This document shows positions 39,250 through 58,339 of a stretch of DNA of 64,000 nt, piece by piece. The notes beneath the pieces were generated by a model. It had not been told where the DNA came from and ran no database searches. It saw only the letters and a program-made list of their open reading frames with translations. Position 1 is the first letter of the stretch, and every line of letters begins with the position of its first letter. This DNA comes from Bugula neritina (Eukaryota; Animalia; Bryozoa). The DNA is taken from NCBI GenBank assembly GCA_964035545.1, contig OZ037765.1:28829504-28893503 (forward strand), written 5' to 3'. The position numbers and the translations under genes were made by a program.

Positions 39250-42200
39250 ATAATTTCATCAAATATATCATCATATCATAATTCAATGGTTCCAGAACTG
39301 CCCACGAGAGATCACACCAGAAGTTAAATGACAAGGAGGATAAGTTGAAATGGCCTTGGGAAAGGTTGGCTAATGACGAACTGTCTGACCTTCAAGAGTC
39401 ACCAAGGTCACGCTCACCTCAAAGGTTTGGGCAGACAACTTCTATTACATGCAGTATTAATGAGCAGTCTTGACCTGCCTTAGCTTGCCAACTTGTGTTT
39501 TGTATGCACTGCTTCCCTGTTTAGAAATATAATGTAATATTTGCTTGCAATAAGGTAAATGTGAAGCAAATGTTTCTACTTCTAAATTTAATGTCCAATT
39601 TTCTGTAGTAGCCCAGTAATATTGGATGTATGATATATATTCTTGTATGTACACAGATAGCATCACATATTTCAAAACTGCTGCTGTATACAAGTTTATT
39701 TTCACTTAAAATCTTAGTTTTAAGTTTTCATTTTTGTAACTCGATATAATTTAAGCTTTATTTATTGTATAAATTTGTACCTTTTGCCTCACCTTTTCTG
39801 TAACTTTTAGATCAAAGAATAGCAGTCAGGCAGCGAGGAATGTGCAGACGTTTCAGTATGATGACGGCTACATAGTCTGCCAAGCTGACAGCAGTCTGGT
39901 TCTGGCGGTTGTCTCCAACACCGAGAGCCAGGTGTTTGAAGTGGCTCTGGAGAAGAGAATAAAGGAGGAACTTTCTCAGCTTTGGGTTATGAAACCTAAC
40001 GGGTTGGTGAAAACCTGATATTTTGTATGTAAACTCTGTAAGAATCTAATGTTAGGTGTTCTGTTGGCTTTAGTTTCTTATATCTCCAGTTATGCTGCCG
40101 ATAAAAAAACAGAAGTAATTTTGCCCTTCCTGCCATAACCCTTATAGGATTCAGACAATATATGTTTTGCTAGCACTGTTTGCCATGCTAGACAAACATA
40201 TTTATCCACTTGGTCATAGCTGCTGCCTTTTTTCCTGTTTAAAACTTATATATAACGTCTGCATTAAAATTTTGTAAGTGGCGCAGCATTGGAATTATGC
40301 AATTTTTTTTAATACACTCAAACCTTTTCCCACAACCTTTGTTGTAAGCTCATCTTTATTTTTATCATTTTCTTACAATTTTTGACTAAATATAGTTTAA
40401 CTTCTGGTGTAACCAGCCACCTTATTAAACATAATATATTCAATGTTTACTTAAATGATTTTCTTGAGCAATATACCGAAGAATTATAAACTTCTACGAT
40501 GGTGAACCAGTATTACTTATATATAAAGTCAGGCAGACTATACTGATTACTACAGGTATATTCAAAGTCGAGCTGGCCGTGACATGGTACTCACTGTTTC
40601 CATGCCAACCAACCAACGTAGAGGCGAAGAAGGTCTCGCTCTTAGCTATGTCGGCTGCCAAGTTGTAGTTCAAAAGAAGAAGTCGACCCAATTTGGTTCT
40701 GCCAGCCAAAAATGGAGTCTAGATAAAGAAACTGGATTTATTTATGCATTTTATACGAATCTTATGGATGTGGGTAAGAAGTTAATCTATAATTTATCAG
40801 AATCTACTCTAAAATACTCTTATACTTGGATTAGATGTTGAATGTTTTTACACTCAATGAACTCATAGTTTTATTATTGTTTAAACTTTAATTGTTGCAT
40901 ATAGCCATGCAGATCTCAAGGAATTTATTATATTTCCGTTGAATATAAGAGTCGCACCCCCGACATGTATTATGTTGCATGAAATGCAGCTATTAGAGTG
41001 TCATGTGTTCATGTTTTTAGAAATTACAGCTGCCAATAAAGCTAATGTATGCACCTATGCCGTGACTAAAGATGAATTGGACCAACCGGTATGTAGATAT
41101 TTCTTTTAAGAACTATAAAATTGTCTTTTGTACTTTGATTTAAAAAATTTACCTGGTTATACTTTGAAAATACTGTATTGGTGGTGTTTTCCTTGAGTGA
41201 CATGTGTTTATTTCCAGGGCTATATTGTGAATCTGCCGTCTAAGAGCACTGGGAAGCAAGAGGAAGTGGTTGTCTGCACATCTTGTGCCAGAGCAATGAG
41301 AGGACGATTCAAGCTAATCCAACTGCCCGAGAGTTTTGACTTTGCTTGTGCTGTGGGCAACAGTAAGTTCTGATAAGTTTGAAAACGAAATCTGCAAATA
41401 AGCTGATGATATTTTAAGTTTCTTTTCAAATATTTTGAATAGCCATATTAGCATAGCCAGTAAAGCAGTCTGTGACATAGTACATTGACTTTGAACAATA
41501 ATTGCAGCCAAACGGAAAGAGTTGAAACAGATTGGCAGTTTTCAATGTTTGAATGGCAAAGTAGACTTGTCTACATTCGAGGCTATCAATACTCTGGATG
41601 AATGGCAAACCAAGTACAACAGGTTAGTGTTTGTCTTCCCACATTGCAGTAGTATTAATACCTGCAATTAATACAGTTATATTACACCAGTCCCTCTGTT
41701 TCCTGCACAGATAATATTAACAAGTTGAAACTATTGAAGTTAAACTCATTAAGTAACTTTTTGCTGACTATCAACCAATCATGGCTTGTGCTTCTCCACT
41801 AGCTGCAATACTATTGTGTCATTAACCTTTTTCTTTTTTTGTTATATGTTTTTTCCTTTCACTTTTGACAAACAATAGCCATGTTTTTATGCAAAGTCAA
41901 TGTGCTTGGTTTACATGCTCATGCCGTTCAGCACATTTGAAAGCTATCCATGGGGTATTTTCAGCTTCTTTGAGGTATAATATTCGGGGAAACTTGTTAT
42001 TTTTATGTGTACATGCAATATATAGATTTTATAACTTTAAAATCTTAGTGGTTATTGTTTGAAATGATACATTTCAACAAAGATGAGATTTTTTTCTACT
42101 TTTTTGTGTGGAAAGAATTAAGCAACACATTAACACCTGTACTTTGGATAGTTTTTACTAATCTGAGGTACATTGCATGCCTGTTATTTTATGTTATTAT

Positions 42201-42545
42201 TTTGAAAGTCTGATAGAAAATTTAATTTTTGCAGTCTAAAGCCACTGATTATATTTTCATTATATTATTTTCAGTCTCTATGAAGAGAACAGTGTACGAT
42301 CTATCGCGAAAGAAATATCGTCTAGCGAGTTGCCTCAAACCGTAAAGATATATGCGTATAAGAATGGAGATGGTAGGGAGAAGGAAGGACAGCTGATTAG
42401 TGGATCCAGCATCATTGGGGTTAGAATCTGAAACTTTCAGTCCTTGAGACATTATTCTTAGCTAATTTGTAAAACTTTGTGGTTGCTCATTGCTTTCCTA
42501 TAGCTAAATGTTGATTTAGTAAGTTATTTCTTTGGCAGTTTTTAA

Positions 42546-42631
<86 letters not shown>

Positions 42632-45600
42632 AAAGTATTTTAACTTTTAACTTCACATGCTGAAAGCCTGTATTTTATGGTGACATGATGGTTGTAATAA
42701 GTGAGGCCTGAGATAAAATGAAATAAAATAATTATGGTGAAATGTGTTTCAGTTGCTAGACCAGTGTACTTACCGACTGGCTATGAATAGTGCGGCACGA
42801 AGGTTGTACACCCGTGATGGCCGTTCTATGTTAGACATAGATGACCTGATATCCTGGGCTATTGAGTACTACATGGCTAATATGAAGTCCAAAGAGCGAA
42901 GAGGCTCTGCTGAGTTGAGTCGAATAAATCCCGAAGGAAGTGCTAATAAAACAGACTCAGAATCTACCAACTTGGCTGTCGAATACCGTAAGAGGCTTCT
43001 AGTGTGACGTTGATTTTATGTTATTTTTACTCCACTTAGGAGAAATTTCTTTTTCTGTTTATATTTAGCATTTCTACAGGGCATTAATGTTACCGTGTTA
43101 ATCAACAGATGAGCTACCAGGTGTATTGCGTGTTAATTTCTGTAAGTACCCACAAAGGAATTAGTGAACTTTTTAATCAAGTAAAATGTTGATACTCAAA
43201 CAAATTTGAATACTTCTATTATCTACTTTTGTTTTAAAAACAACGGCTATCCAAAGAGTAGATCATAATCTCTAAATTAATTCCTTTAGAGTTAAAACTG
43301 TTGATTGCTTCTAGCACCCTAAAAACTTAACAATCTCATTTAACCTTAAAAAGCTAACAAAATGCAAATAAAATTTGATATATTAAATGTATGACCCTTT
43401 TTTACATATATACATATTATATATTCACTATTTACTTTGCAAACTAAAATTACTAATAGTCTTGTAAAAACTCTAACACAGTATTTGAAGCACTTTTCTG
43501 CTACTTAAGTGGTGTTAGTAATCACTCTTCTGTGTAAATGTGTTGATTTGAAGGGGAGGAATTACACTGCATTTTGTTTGTAAAACATATTGAAAGCTGC
43601 CACAAATCTGAAATTTGAAGGTTTTCTGTCATGTAACATTCCTTGTACAAGTATCACCAAAGAGCTGGAAATTTTCTCTATACACTATCAGGAAATCAAA
43701 TCTAATAACGTAGAAGAGTGAAAATGTGCCAAGAATGTATCAAGTGCAGTATTTTGTCTTTATGCATTGTACAGATTTTAAACTAACATACTGGTTAGAG
43801 TCAGTAGATCTCTAGTGATACAAAACAGCCTTCACAAATTATTGTTTTGTAGAACCAATTGAGGTGGAAACAGACGCCAAGGCTGATGCATACCAGGTGG
43901 TGAATGAACAGCCAATCAGCTCTCGGTTCGCTTTGGTAGAAGTAACTGCTGGTACCAACTGCCACATTGCTCTGATACAGCACAGCGGGACTGAGTCCGA
44001 TATAATCTATGAGATGATCATTGGCTGGACATCAGAGTCAGCTCTGATTATCCATCCAGCTTCTGGAGATGTTAGTGATGTCACACACTTATTTCTAGGA
44101 GTTATAATTGCACCTTACATTCGCACATGTTATGTCTTGCCTTTGTGAAACTAACTGTGATTATCAAGTGCTGTTTAATCTAATTGAATAATTTGATAGA
44201 TTGGAGTTCAATTGAATAATGCTAGCAGTCATATAATTCTAATCTGATTATTTATTTCATACAGTAAAATTGACTAATTTAAAAGCTCCTTTTAGATTAC
44301 AACATTTTCAGGTGGCTAGTGACTTTTTTATTTATGATAAAACTTGTTCTTAAATCACGTTATGTTAATAGATTAGAAAAGACTTCAAAAAATTGCTCTG
44401 TTGATGTTAGTTATTTAACAATCGTCCGATAATAGATTTATTTATCACAAATTTTGTTTGCATGCATATTTGGATCTTATTGTAATTGCTAAGTATTTGT
44501 ATAGATCTGCATACGATTATCTGTAGGATGCCAAAATAATCAAGTTTCCAGCTCTAGATAGTGGAGAAAAGAGCACGGAAAAGCTGTGGTTTAGCTGGTT
44601 TGGTGAGACAGTAAAAGTAGGCTGGGGAGAAACTATTGGCGTACAGGAAATGATGTCAGTTGTTGATACAGAAACTCGGCAAATTAATACTATCGTCGTT
44701 GCAGCTCCTGGCTCAACAGTTTCTTGGAAATTTAAAATTCCAAGTATGTATTTATTGCCTTTATGTTGATAGTGCACTTTACAGCATTATTGGCTCAATT
44801 AATTGCATCTTAAGTTTTATTGTTTTATTGATATATTGATGAGTATTAAACTCTCAAGTTTTTAGTTATAGGTTTTACTGAAATCCTTGAAATGATAACT
44901 TTGTTTTGTAAATTTAATATACCATGTGCTTGCCATCAGATGGTACAATTTTTTTGAAAATTTAAAGTGATTGACTTTAAAATTGAGAAAAAATTAATGT
45001 TATTCATATGCCACTCGGACAAAATTACAAGTCGACTATATTTTATTATTGACCCGTGTAGTCTTCAAAACAGCTGCTATGTTGAAATGATCACATTTGC
45101 TGTAAATGGAGACTGCTTTATGCATTAGTTGAGATGATGGGTTCTGCGCCCACCAGTGAGGGTACCGGACCGACTGAAGTCAATAAACTGATGAGCAACG
45201 TTCAACTCAATGACGAAGAGGATGAAGATACAGGAAGTAAAAAGGATGATGTTTCAGAAGGTTGGCTATTTAATTGATTTTCTTTACAAATAAAATAACT
45301 GCTGTAGTTCGTTTTATGAATTGGTGAATAATTGAACAATTGCCTTAGTTTTAATGCATAACTTAATGGATACATAAAACACAAATCAAACATGAATACG
45401 GTGTAGTTTGAGGTTTTCAGATTGTATGTAACCGTTATTAGACATGGAGCCAAAAATTCGCATGGAATGTAGACCAATTCTTTATTTTATCACTGTTGTT
45501 GATTGCATACGTAGCCAATCTGAAAGTTGCAAGACCCAAGACAGCCGTTACGAGTAGAGTTCAGCCACCATCGTTGGATGTGATACTGAAATTCCCTGTT

Positions 45601-48600
45601 GAGGTGTGGGCATCGTCAGGAGAGCAGTTTGTGAGGCCGGAGAAAGTAGCCGCTGATCAGAAAGAGATGAGACATTATAGGAAGCTGGTGTCAGAGATTA
45701 ATTTCTCTTTACAAAAAGAGAAACACAAGTTGCGTCAACTTCAAGGTATCTTGCTATACTTCTGCACGAGATTAATTCTGATTTGCACAGAAACAAAATT
45801 TTCTCCTATTGTTTCATGCATTCTATCTTCTCTGCAAAGCTAATAGCAATCTATGGTGGCTTACAATTACATTTTAAATTTAAATATCCAAGTATCTAAT
45901 AGCTAGCTTAAAGCCTTGGTCTAGGGGTTAGGGGTTTGCCTAGTAAACACGAGGTCATGAGTTCAAGCCCGGACAAAGGCCATTGGTGATGTTAGGAAGA
46001 GCATCCAGTTATAATTGCTCCTGTGCCTCATTTAAATAAGTCCTTAGCCCGTTTTAACAAAAACCCTTTCCATCAGGGGTTTCTCACAGGGATAGTGACT
46101 ATAAACTTTCGCGAGTTTTTAATAGTTAGCTTGAGTTCCACAAGATTCTTTCTTGGTGTACTATTGGTACAATTTCAGAAAGTTATGATTTGACCTCATG
46201 TTAATGTCTCTTAAGTTATACACAACTATTTAATGTGCTTACTTTCCCTTATTGTCTACCACCATGTACACATGTGACACTTTCATCTACCTAGGCTACA
46301 TGTTGTTATACATTGTGTTCTAAGGTCGAAGGTTAACAGGACAGCATCCTGGCTACTATGAGGCTACCAGCAGCTCTGTAAACCCTGTAGTCAAAAGAAA
46401 CCATTGGCAGGAAATGACATATGGTGAAAGTTTAGCTCATAATGAAGTGCATCAACTGCAGGTTTGTGTACTATTACTCTGCTATGAAGTAGAATGTTGT
46501 TAATACTTATGTAAACTTATGTAAAATTTGTAAGCTTGATTATTGACTGCTGCAATTCCCTTGTGTTTTGTAGACTCAGCAGTCTGCAATGCAAGCTAAG
46601 CAGAAGTTCAACAAAGCTCAGCCGAGGCCTAGCTCTAGGCTGTACACTCAGCCTACAATGGTGAGACCTCAGGCTATGTACTTAACAGAATCATTGACCA
46701 ATCATTTGTAGCTGTAGTATTAGAAGTAGTCAGTACTTCTAAGTTTCTGCTTTAACAAATGGTTTTAATTGGTCGAGAATGAGAAGGTAAAACTATGGTT
46801 GAGGTGCAGAGTTGCTTTCCCTGTCTCTTGAACATCCTATACACTGCTCGTTGTATTAGTGCAGTGGAATGATGACTTTTGTATATATATGATTTAGGTT
46901 ATAGTAAATTACTTTGAAATTAAAATTAATGAAATTTATATGAATCTTAAGCACAGTAAGATGCTATTATAAATTGTAGCATTGTTAGAAGAGTCAGTGG
47001 TCTAAATTTTCTTAATTACCAAGTTTTTAATAAAAGTGTTATGGCAAGTTTGGAAAATCATTAACTTTTGTTTTGTTACTCCCCAATTGTTTATAGTACT
47101 GTACATATACCATAGTTTTTATGCATGTTATCTTATATAACTATATAGATTTGCTGTATTTGTTTCAGAAACGTGTGCTTGCTTACGTGAATGGGGAGCA
47201 GGTGTCTAGGGCACAGTATATATGGGGAGACAACTTGAATCAAATATTGCAGAATGCTACTACAAGATTGAATATGAGAAGAGCTGCCAAGTGCATCTTT
47301 TCTCTTCTCGGTCAGCAGGTATGTGCCAGGTGCTCCTATATTGTAATAATATGTTTATGCTATTACAACTCAGCTAAATGCTGAAGTCTTTCCCATAGCA
47401 CATTTTTTACAGTCGGGATTTTCAAGGTCAACTCTTGTGTTATGAGCATTTTAAAATAATACACTAGTGTTTTATTTTTGCCATCAGCATTTAATTATAT
47501 AAGTTTTAATGCAATATTTGTTGTTATAATAACTATTCATTGTGGTAAAGGAATATCAGGCCGGTTGATTTTTGAGCAAATTCCCCTGGTGTTGGTAAGT
47601 TGCATAGTGTCCAACTATGACCAGCTATATGCATGCTTATATGGTGTCATGTTTCACTAGCAGCACATTCTCTATGAGCAGTAGCTTCATATTCTACACG
47701 TGATACATAACTCAATCAGTGCCATAAGAGAAGCATACTTGGTTCTATTGTAATGTGTTGTAGTTAATACTCTCACTAATTTATTAATGAGATCAACAAG
47801 GGATTCAGTTTAGAAATTGTGATAAAAACATCATTTTATTTAAACAGAAGATGTTTTGAATAAATCATTAAAATTGAGTTTTTCTACATCTGTTGTATTC
47901 AATACTTGGAAAAACAATTTCACATACTTGGTTACAGTATTGTGTATTGTGAGAATATATGCTATTTTAGTTAAAATAAATTGTTATATAATTTAAAGCA
48001 ATGAATTGGTAGTTTTTGGAAGAGCTGTGGCTGTGTTGTCTAAACTCACTGAGAACTATTTGATAGAAAAGTATTAAATACGTTATTAGAGATAATTTTA
48101 CTGGTTGTTGATTTGTACTTTTTGACTTGATCAATTTTTGCAAGAATTAACAAGAGTCACAAAACATAATTTTATACAAGCTTGCCAATTAACCGATTTC
48201 AAGTTGACTACATTTTCCGTGCTTTTGAGACTCACCATCGAAAATAAAAATATTATTAAATTATCATTACGTACCTGTAAAGGTAGCAAAAATTTCTTTA
48301 ATCTAGTTTTTAGTGTCAAGGTAATACACCATGTACTGGCAGGTTAATAGCTCGAATTCACATTTTAAATAGAAAACCATCAAAAAAATATATTTTAATT
48401 GAAATTCCTAAACTACTTTTGTAGTTGAAGTTCGAAGATCTTGAAAAGGATCAGATAGTGTGTGTATCAACAGGCGCCGCTTTTCAACGACCTAGAGATA
48501 TGCAGCAACAGGTTGAGATCCGAGCTAACTGGACCCGAGCTAGAAAGCAACTTGGTCCTGAAGCTACAGAAATTACTGTTCATGCTCATCTCAATCCCGA

Positions 48601-48874
48601 TATAGATGTACGTGTTATTAAGATATCTATTAGTCTCCACATGTGGTAAAGAGTGAAAGAAACTGGAATTTTTGTAGTCAAGTTAACTTTGTCAAAAGTT
48701 TTCCCAATACCTACTAATTGGAATTTTTACTGTCTCATACGAAGTATACGTTTGTCTTTATTTTTTTCAAAAGTTACACTTAGTCAATTGTATTTTATTT
48801 TGATTTAGGTTGATCCTTTTGGACCACCTAGCCTAGCAACTCGTTCTGAAGGAAGCCAACACGGGTCACAGTAA
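24602..48874 (+). CDS. DCDC1: Doublecortin domain-containing protein 1-like (multiple DCX domains plus ricin-B lectin-like repeats), 36 coding exons, 2039 aa
   Basis: Exons 24602-24765, 25429-25548, 25727-25927, 26285-26625, 26784-26986, 27216-27309, 28180-28346, 29218-29394, 29478-29663, 29842-30007, 30409-30674, 31124-31225, 31469-31657, 36240-36394, 36765-36976, 37302-37387, 37668-37877, 38114-38360, 38921-39086, 39296-39424, 39811-40002, 40556-40773, 41021-41088, 41218-41362, 41508-41622, 42275-42419, 42753-42987, 43853-44070, 44527-44743, 45129-45260, 45515-45745, 46325-46461, 46574-46660, 47169-47318, 48425-48607, 48809-48874. All GT-AG, phases consistent, sum 6120 nt. Repeated DCX signatures (xxNG...LLxxCTxxLxLxxAARRLFxxxG...I/V-x-VSxGExF) and QxW motifs (AQLWV, AQQWRF, SQLWV, SQKWSL). 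Confidence 0.9.
31925..32285. repeat. Two diverged approx. 195-bp direct repeats in the left arm of the transposon
   Basis: CACCCAGTTAGYCACAAAA...CAGGAGTTGT...AATTATTGAAGCTA...AAGCAAAA occurs from about 31930 and again from about 32124. Confidence 0.75.
33580..34295 (+). pseudogene. Transposase C-terminal remnant (XPG/H3TH-like motif plus Cys-rich CXC-like finger), frameshifted
   Basis: HVLTGCD (33677-33697), FYGKG*, RYTLF, LPPRKDELNVHVKRANHQAVIW, then in another frame CSCKTGCNISRCGCQKSQMQCTDVCQCKDC. Several frameshifts and a stop. Confidence 0.85.
39211..39246. repeat. (TA)n microsatellite
   Basis: About 18 perfect TA units. Confidence 0.95.
42550..42631. repeat. Compound (TA)n(TG)n microsatellite
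   Basis: About 34 TA units followed by about 6 TG units. Confidence 0.95.
43853..44743 (+). other. Two-exon, 145-codon module within DCDC1 resembling the Methyltransf_FA (FAMeT-like) domain
   Basis: VEVTAGTNCHIAL...IYEMIIGW...LWFSWFGETVKVGWGETIG...VSWKF follows the recalled family pattern V-x-A-x2-DAHIAL / YE-x-x-IGGW / FWISW-x3-I-x-VG-x-G / W-x-F. Flanked by phase-1 introns. Confidence 0.7.
45912..46107 (+). mobile_element. tRNA-derived SINE in DCDC1 intron 31
   Basis: Pol III A-box-like TGGTCTAGGGG (45917-45927) and B-box-like GAGTTCAAGCC (45959-45969) at tRNA spacing, followed by a non-tRNA body. No intact cloverleaf and no clear TSD. Confidence 0.7.
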
Positions 48875-49553
48875 TATTAAATATATTATGCACCCATTAA
48901 ATGCATATGTAAGACACACAGGATATGAGCTATTGACTTGCATTGACTATTCACCACTTAATTTTAATTGTCTCTTCCTGTTTTTTTTTATAATTTTCCT
49001 GTTCTCCTTAGTATTGTCTTTATAATTTTTTTCTTTTATATTTATGATTTCTAGTTGAAACATTTTATATATCCGTCCAGTGTCTTATTTGTATATGCTT
49101 TTACCATTCCTTCCATTATTTCATACTTTTAATATTGTATTACCACTTATTAAGTTTCATAAATTAATTTTTATCCATTCTATAATAATTATATACAGTC
49201 ATTTCCAATACATTAACAGCATTTCAATGCATATATTATTGTAACATCTCCATATTATATGCAATTTTTTTAACATCTACAAAAAAATTCACCAAAAATG
49301 TGATATTTATAGTATGTTGTTATATTTTATATTTACATCAATGTAGTAATATAGCAAACTTACACACTGAAATTATTGCGTTGGTTGTATTAAAAATGAC
49401 TACTACCTAGTATAGCTAGTAACACTCCACACTAAGTTAGTAAACAGTAAAAGTAAAGACACACATATGTATAAAATATGCATATTATAAGGTAGAGGGT
49501 GTATAGCTGCGAAGGTACATCTTTCTGTATACACGGTGTGGAGTATGTAAAAG

Positions 49554-56531
<6,978 letters not shown>

Positions 56532-57071
56532 GCTAACACAGTGGCAGTTATAATTATTAAACAGCCTTGATAGCTACAAAAAACAGAGACTTAGCCAATT
56601 AGTATTCAATTTTATTATTCAGAGTTGATTCCAAGTCGTACTCAAATGATCGTATACTTTCGTAAACTTGCTCAGCTCTTTGATTGGTTAGTTGCTAATT
56701 TTTTAAATGCATGCATGATAAAATTTGGAGTAACTAAAAATTCCTTTTGAAATTTATAGTGAGGGTAAAGACATTTATTCAATATCTCAACAAAATCCTT
56801 TGACTTGGCATTGTCTTAACTTCTAAATAAACACATATAGTTTAGACTACTACTACATTTATTATGAATAATATTAACGTGGTAAATAATCAAAGCGAAT
56901 CAGTTTTAAAATATCAAACATAACCATATTTTATAGAAATTGTAAGCACATATAAATTATTAAACCAAAATTGTATTTATAACATATATCAAAATTATGA
57001 TACAATTTCATTAGATTAAGTCTAAGATTTAATTTGATAACTAAGTGTAAATTGATATTGTAACATTCAGT

Positions 57072-57110
57072 TAATGTTGATAATGTTGATAATGTTGATA
57101 ACGTTGATAA
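57072..57110. repeat. (TAATGTTGA)4 tandem repeat
   Basis: Four 9-bp units, one with a T>C change. Confidence 0.9.
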
Positions 57111-57359
57111 TAATTTATATTTCAATTTATTACCATCATCATGTTTTTTTTGTGAAAATCCTATTGAGAAAATTATTTTCAATATAAAACTAAGCGTAAA
57201 ACTAGATGAGGTCAATAAAATGAAATAAAATCGTGCTCTACCAAATTTTAAACATATGGCAAATGAAAGCCCAGGCACAGTTTGAGTCTATACTTTGTAG
57301 CAATAGCTAGCTAGACAGGATTTTACGTTAAAGCAAGTCTAACAGAATAGGAATAACTA

Positions 57360-58200
57360 AGCCTACGACTACTCACTATTAGCCTATTAATATTACCGTA
57401 GACGAAGTAATAGTATTAGTATAGTGACATTCATATATTTATAATTATATCAATTTTAAATATTAATATTTACAAATACAATCATACAACTTCTAAGACT
57501 TAGACTAATACTAATAGTAATAGTAATATAACAACTATTATTATAATTTAATAAAGTTAAATTGAAATACAACTTGCCAACTATAAGTCACTATGACTAT
57601 GGCTATCAGTATCACTATCATAGTAACGTATAGTTAATAAGTTATAATTATAAGTTATAACTTCAATTTAGTTTTATACTGACTATCACTATCAGTATGA
57701 GTATGACTATTCAGTTTTAGTTCAACTTCATGAATCGAGGCTTAATAATAATTGATAGAAATACTAATAGTAATAGTAATACTAATAAGCCACAAGTAAT
57801 AAGATTAATTAATACTAATAGTGATTTAGTTATAGTTATACTTAGACTTACTCTTTCACTTGGACAATTACTGAACACTCATTACTCATTAGTCATTACT
57901 CATTAGTTAAATTCAATCAGATTTAGAGTTAGCATCACTTTGACTTTCTTCGACAGAAACTTAAAATTGAAGTAAAAGTAACTGACAAAGTGTAAGAATC
58001 ACATTCAGAATAAGAATCAACTCAAACTGTCAAACTCAAACTGAAACTCAAAGTGAAAGTGCAACTGCAATTAATACTAATCGGAGTAAATGTAATACTA
58101 TTACTATAATAGAGTAATACTAATAGTAATACTAATACTATAACTATAAGTATAAGTATAAGTATAAGTATAGTCATTTTCATTTAGTATAACATTAACA
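57360..58200. repeat. Degenerate hexamer-periodic array between DARS1 and the zinc-finger gene
   Basis: actatc-actatc-agtatg-agtatg-actatt (57682-57711); aaactc-aaactg-aaactc-aaagtg-aaagtg-caactg (58032-58067); (TATAAG)4 at 58145-58168. Confidence 0.85.
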
Positions 58201-58339
58201 ATAATCAGCTTTAGATTGAATAGATTGTATTTTATAGTTCGAGCTTTAAAATAACAAATTTACTCTTCTGATTTCAAAAACATCCAATTATCAAATGCAT
58301 CTGCAAAGATAAGGGGCAAGAGGTTTTACTTTTAGTATG

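Noticed and set aside
40928-40962. Fragment resembling a pogo/Tc1-type MITE end (TATTTCCG...TATAAG...GTCGCACC)
   Set aside because: Too short, and no matching opposite end was found.
43853-44743. Claim that this DCDC1 is an active farnesoic-acid methyltransferase
   Set aside because: No SAM-binding motif is visible, and the family name does not establish catalytic activity.
45746-46324. GTATCTTG donor as a U12-type intron
   Set aside because: Deviates from GTATCCTT and there is no TTCCTTAAC-like branch point near the acceptor.
56931-57278. 115-aa minus-strand ORF and the other unspliced short ORFs in the track
   Set aside because: Explained by low-complexity periodic DNA, antisense shadows of real exons, or chance; no protein-like features.
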